DNA of 64,000 bases from Polyangiales bacterium (GTDB lineage Bacteria > Myxococcota_A > Polyangia > Polyangiales > Ga0077539): positions 33,492 through 97,491 of the forward strand of contig JBGARZ010000028.1 of assembly GCA_044229975.1 (NCBI GenBank), given 5' to 3'. The position numbers and the translations under genes are program-made. Shown in pieces: positions 63,084 through 64,000 of this stretch; position 1 is the first letter of the stretch, and each line of letters opens with the position of its first letter. The notes beneath the pieces are model-generated. The model did no database searches. It was not told the origin of the DNA and saw nothing but the letters and a program-made list of their open reading frames with translations.

Positions 63084-64000
63084 CGACCACCAAAGGTGAG
63101 CGTTTGCAGAAGGTGCTCGCGCGCGCTGGCGTGGCTTCACGTCGTCACGCCGAGGAGCTGATCGCTGCGGGCCGCGTTCGGGTGAACGGGCGGGTCGTCA
63201 CGGACATGGGCGTTCGGGTCGACCCGCGACGCGACAAGGTGGAGTTCGACGGTCGGCGTCTGGTGTCCGAGCCGCTGGTGCACGTGGTGATGCACAAGCC
63301 GCGCGGCGTGATGACGACGCTCAATGACCCGGAGGGGCGGCCGACCGTGGCCGACATCCTCAAAGATCTCCCGGCGCGGGCCTACCCCGTCGGACGGCTG
63401 GACTTCCACACGTCGGGCGTGATGCTCGCGACCAACGACGGCGCGTTGGCGCAGGCGCTGTTGCACCCGCGGAAGGCCGTTCCGAAGGTGTACGTGTGCA
63501 AGGTGCGCGGGGTGGTGACCGACCTTCAGCTCGACAAGCTGCGGGAGGGCGTGATGCTGGCGCCGTCGGAGAGCGACCCCGACGAGGCCCGGCGCAAGAC
63601 CCTTCCGGCGGAGGTGAAGCTGCTGAGGCACACGCCGTCGATGGTGTCCGATGAGCGGGGCGAGCCCATCAACGATGGCGCGACGTGGATGGAGGTGACG
63701 CTCAAGGAGGGGCGCACCCGGCAGATCCATCGGATGTGTGAAGCGGTCGGGTTGTTCGTGATGCGCCTCGCGCGGATGTCCTTCGCCGGCATCACGGCGG
63801 AGGGCTTGCGGCCTGGCGAGAAGCGCACGCTCACCGACGACGAGGTGACGCTGCTGCGGCGGGAGTACCTGCGCCCGGCGGAGATGGCGGCGTTGCGGGA
63901 GGACGAGTTCGCCGACGACACGGACGAGTCGGTCGGAGACACGGCCGCTCCCAAGAGGAAGCCATCGGGGACGCGGGCTGGCGGTGCAGGTGGGCGCTCT
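63080..64000 (+). CDS. rluB: Pseudouridine synthase RluB/RsuA family (runs off the window; absent from the ORF track)
   Basis: Manual translation from GTG 63080: ERLQKVLARAGVASRRHAEELI (S4 domain), HKPRG, YPVGRLDFHTSG, EGRTRQI. Confidence 0.92.
   Translation, partial: MTTTKGERLQKVLARAGVASRRHAEELIAAGRVRVNGRVVTDMGVRVDPRRDKVEFDGRRLVSEPLVHVVMHKPRGVMTTLNDPEGRPTVADILKDLPARAYPVGRLDFHTSGVMLATNDGALAQALLHPRKAVPKVYVCKVRGVVTDLQLDKLREGVMLAPSESDPDEARRKTLPAEVKLLRHTPSMVSDERGEPINDGATWMEVTLKEGRTRQIHRMCEAVGLFVMRLARMSFAGITAEGLRPGEKRTLTDDEVTLLRREYLRPAEMAALREDEFADDTDESVGDTAAPKRKPSGTRAGGAGGRS

Overview
This is a very GC-rich chromosomal window, most likely from a Myxococcota (Polyangiales-like) bacterium. The inference rests on the many Cys-rich lipoproteins, MYXO-CTERM-like tails, an ECF sigma/FecR module and a CdbA-like RHH gene. 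Core genes include the glyoxylate shunt (aceA, aceB) with a divergent RamB/ScfR regulator, folD, tsaC, galE, lepA-lepB and rluB. Two accessory systems stand out. (1) A ~9.3 kb lower-GC, operon-like island (about 19950-29260) encodes four small beta-rich proteins, three of them clear paralogs resembling phage decoration/jelly-roll proteins. It also encodes three full-length paralogous tailspike/pectate-lyase-like beta-helix proteins (one split by a frameshift) and an FG-GAP lipoprotein, with no capsid, terminase or integrase; this may be an undescribed domesticated spike/depolymerase system. (2) A complete 2-aminoethylphosphonate cluster (pepM fused to a nucleotidyltransferase, ppd, aepZ, CDP-alcohol phosphotransferase, second cytidylyltransferase) predicts a phosphonolipid. 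Non-coding features include a 114-bp near-perfect inverted repeat, several REP-like hairpins, and many apparent leaderless promoters, one of them a symmetric bidirectional 24-bp example. No tRNA, rRNA, CRISPR array or transposase was seen. All family calls come from motif recognition by eye, with no database searches.
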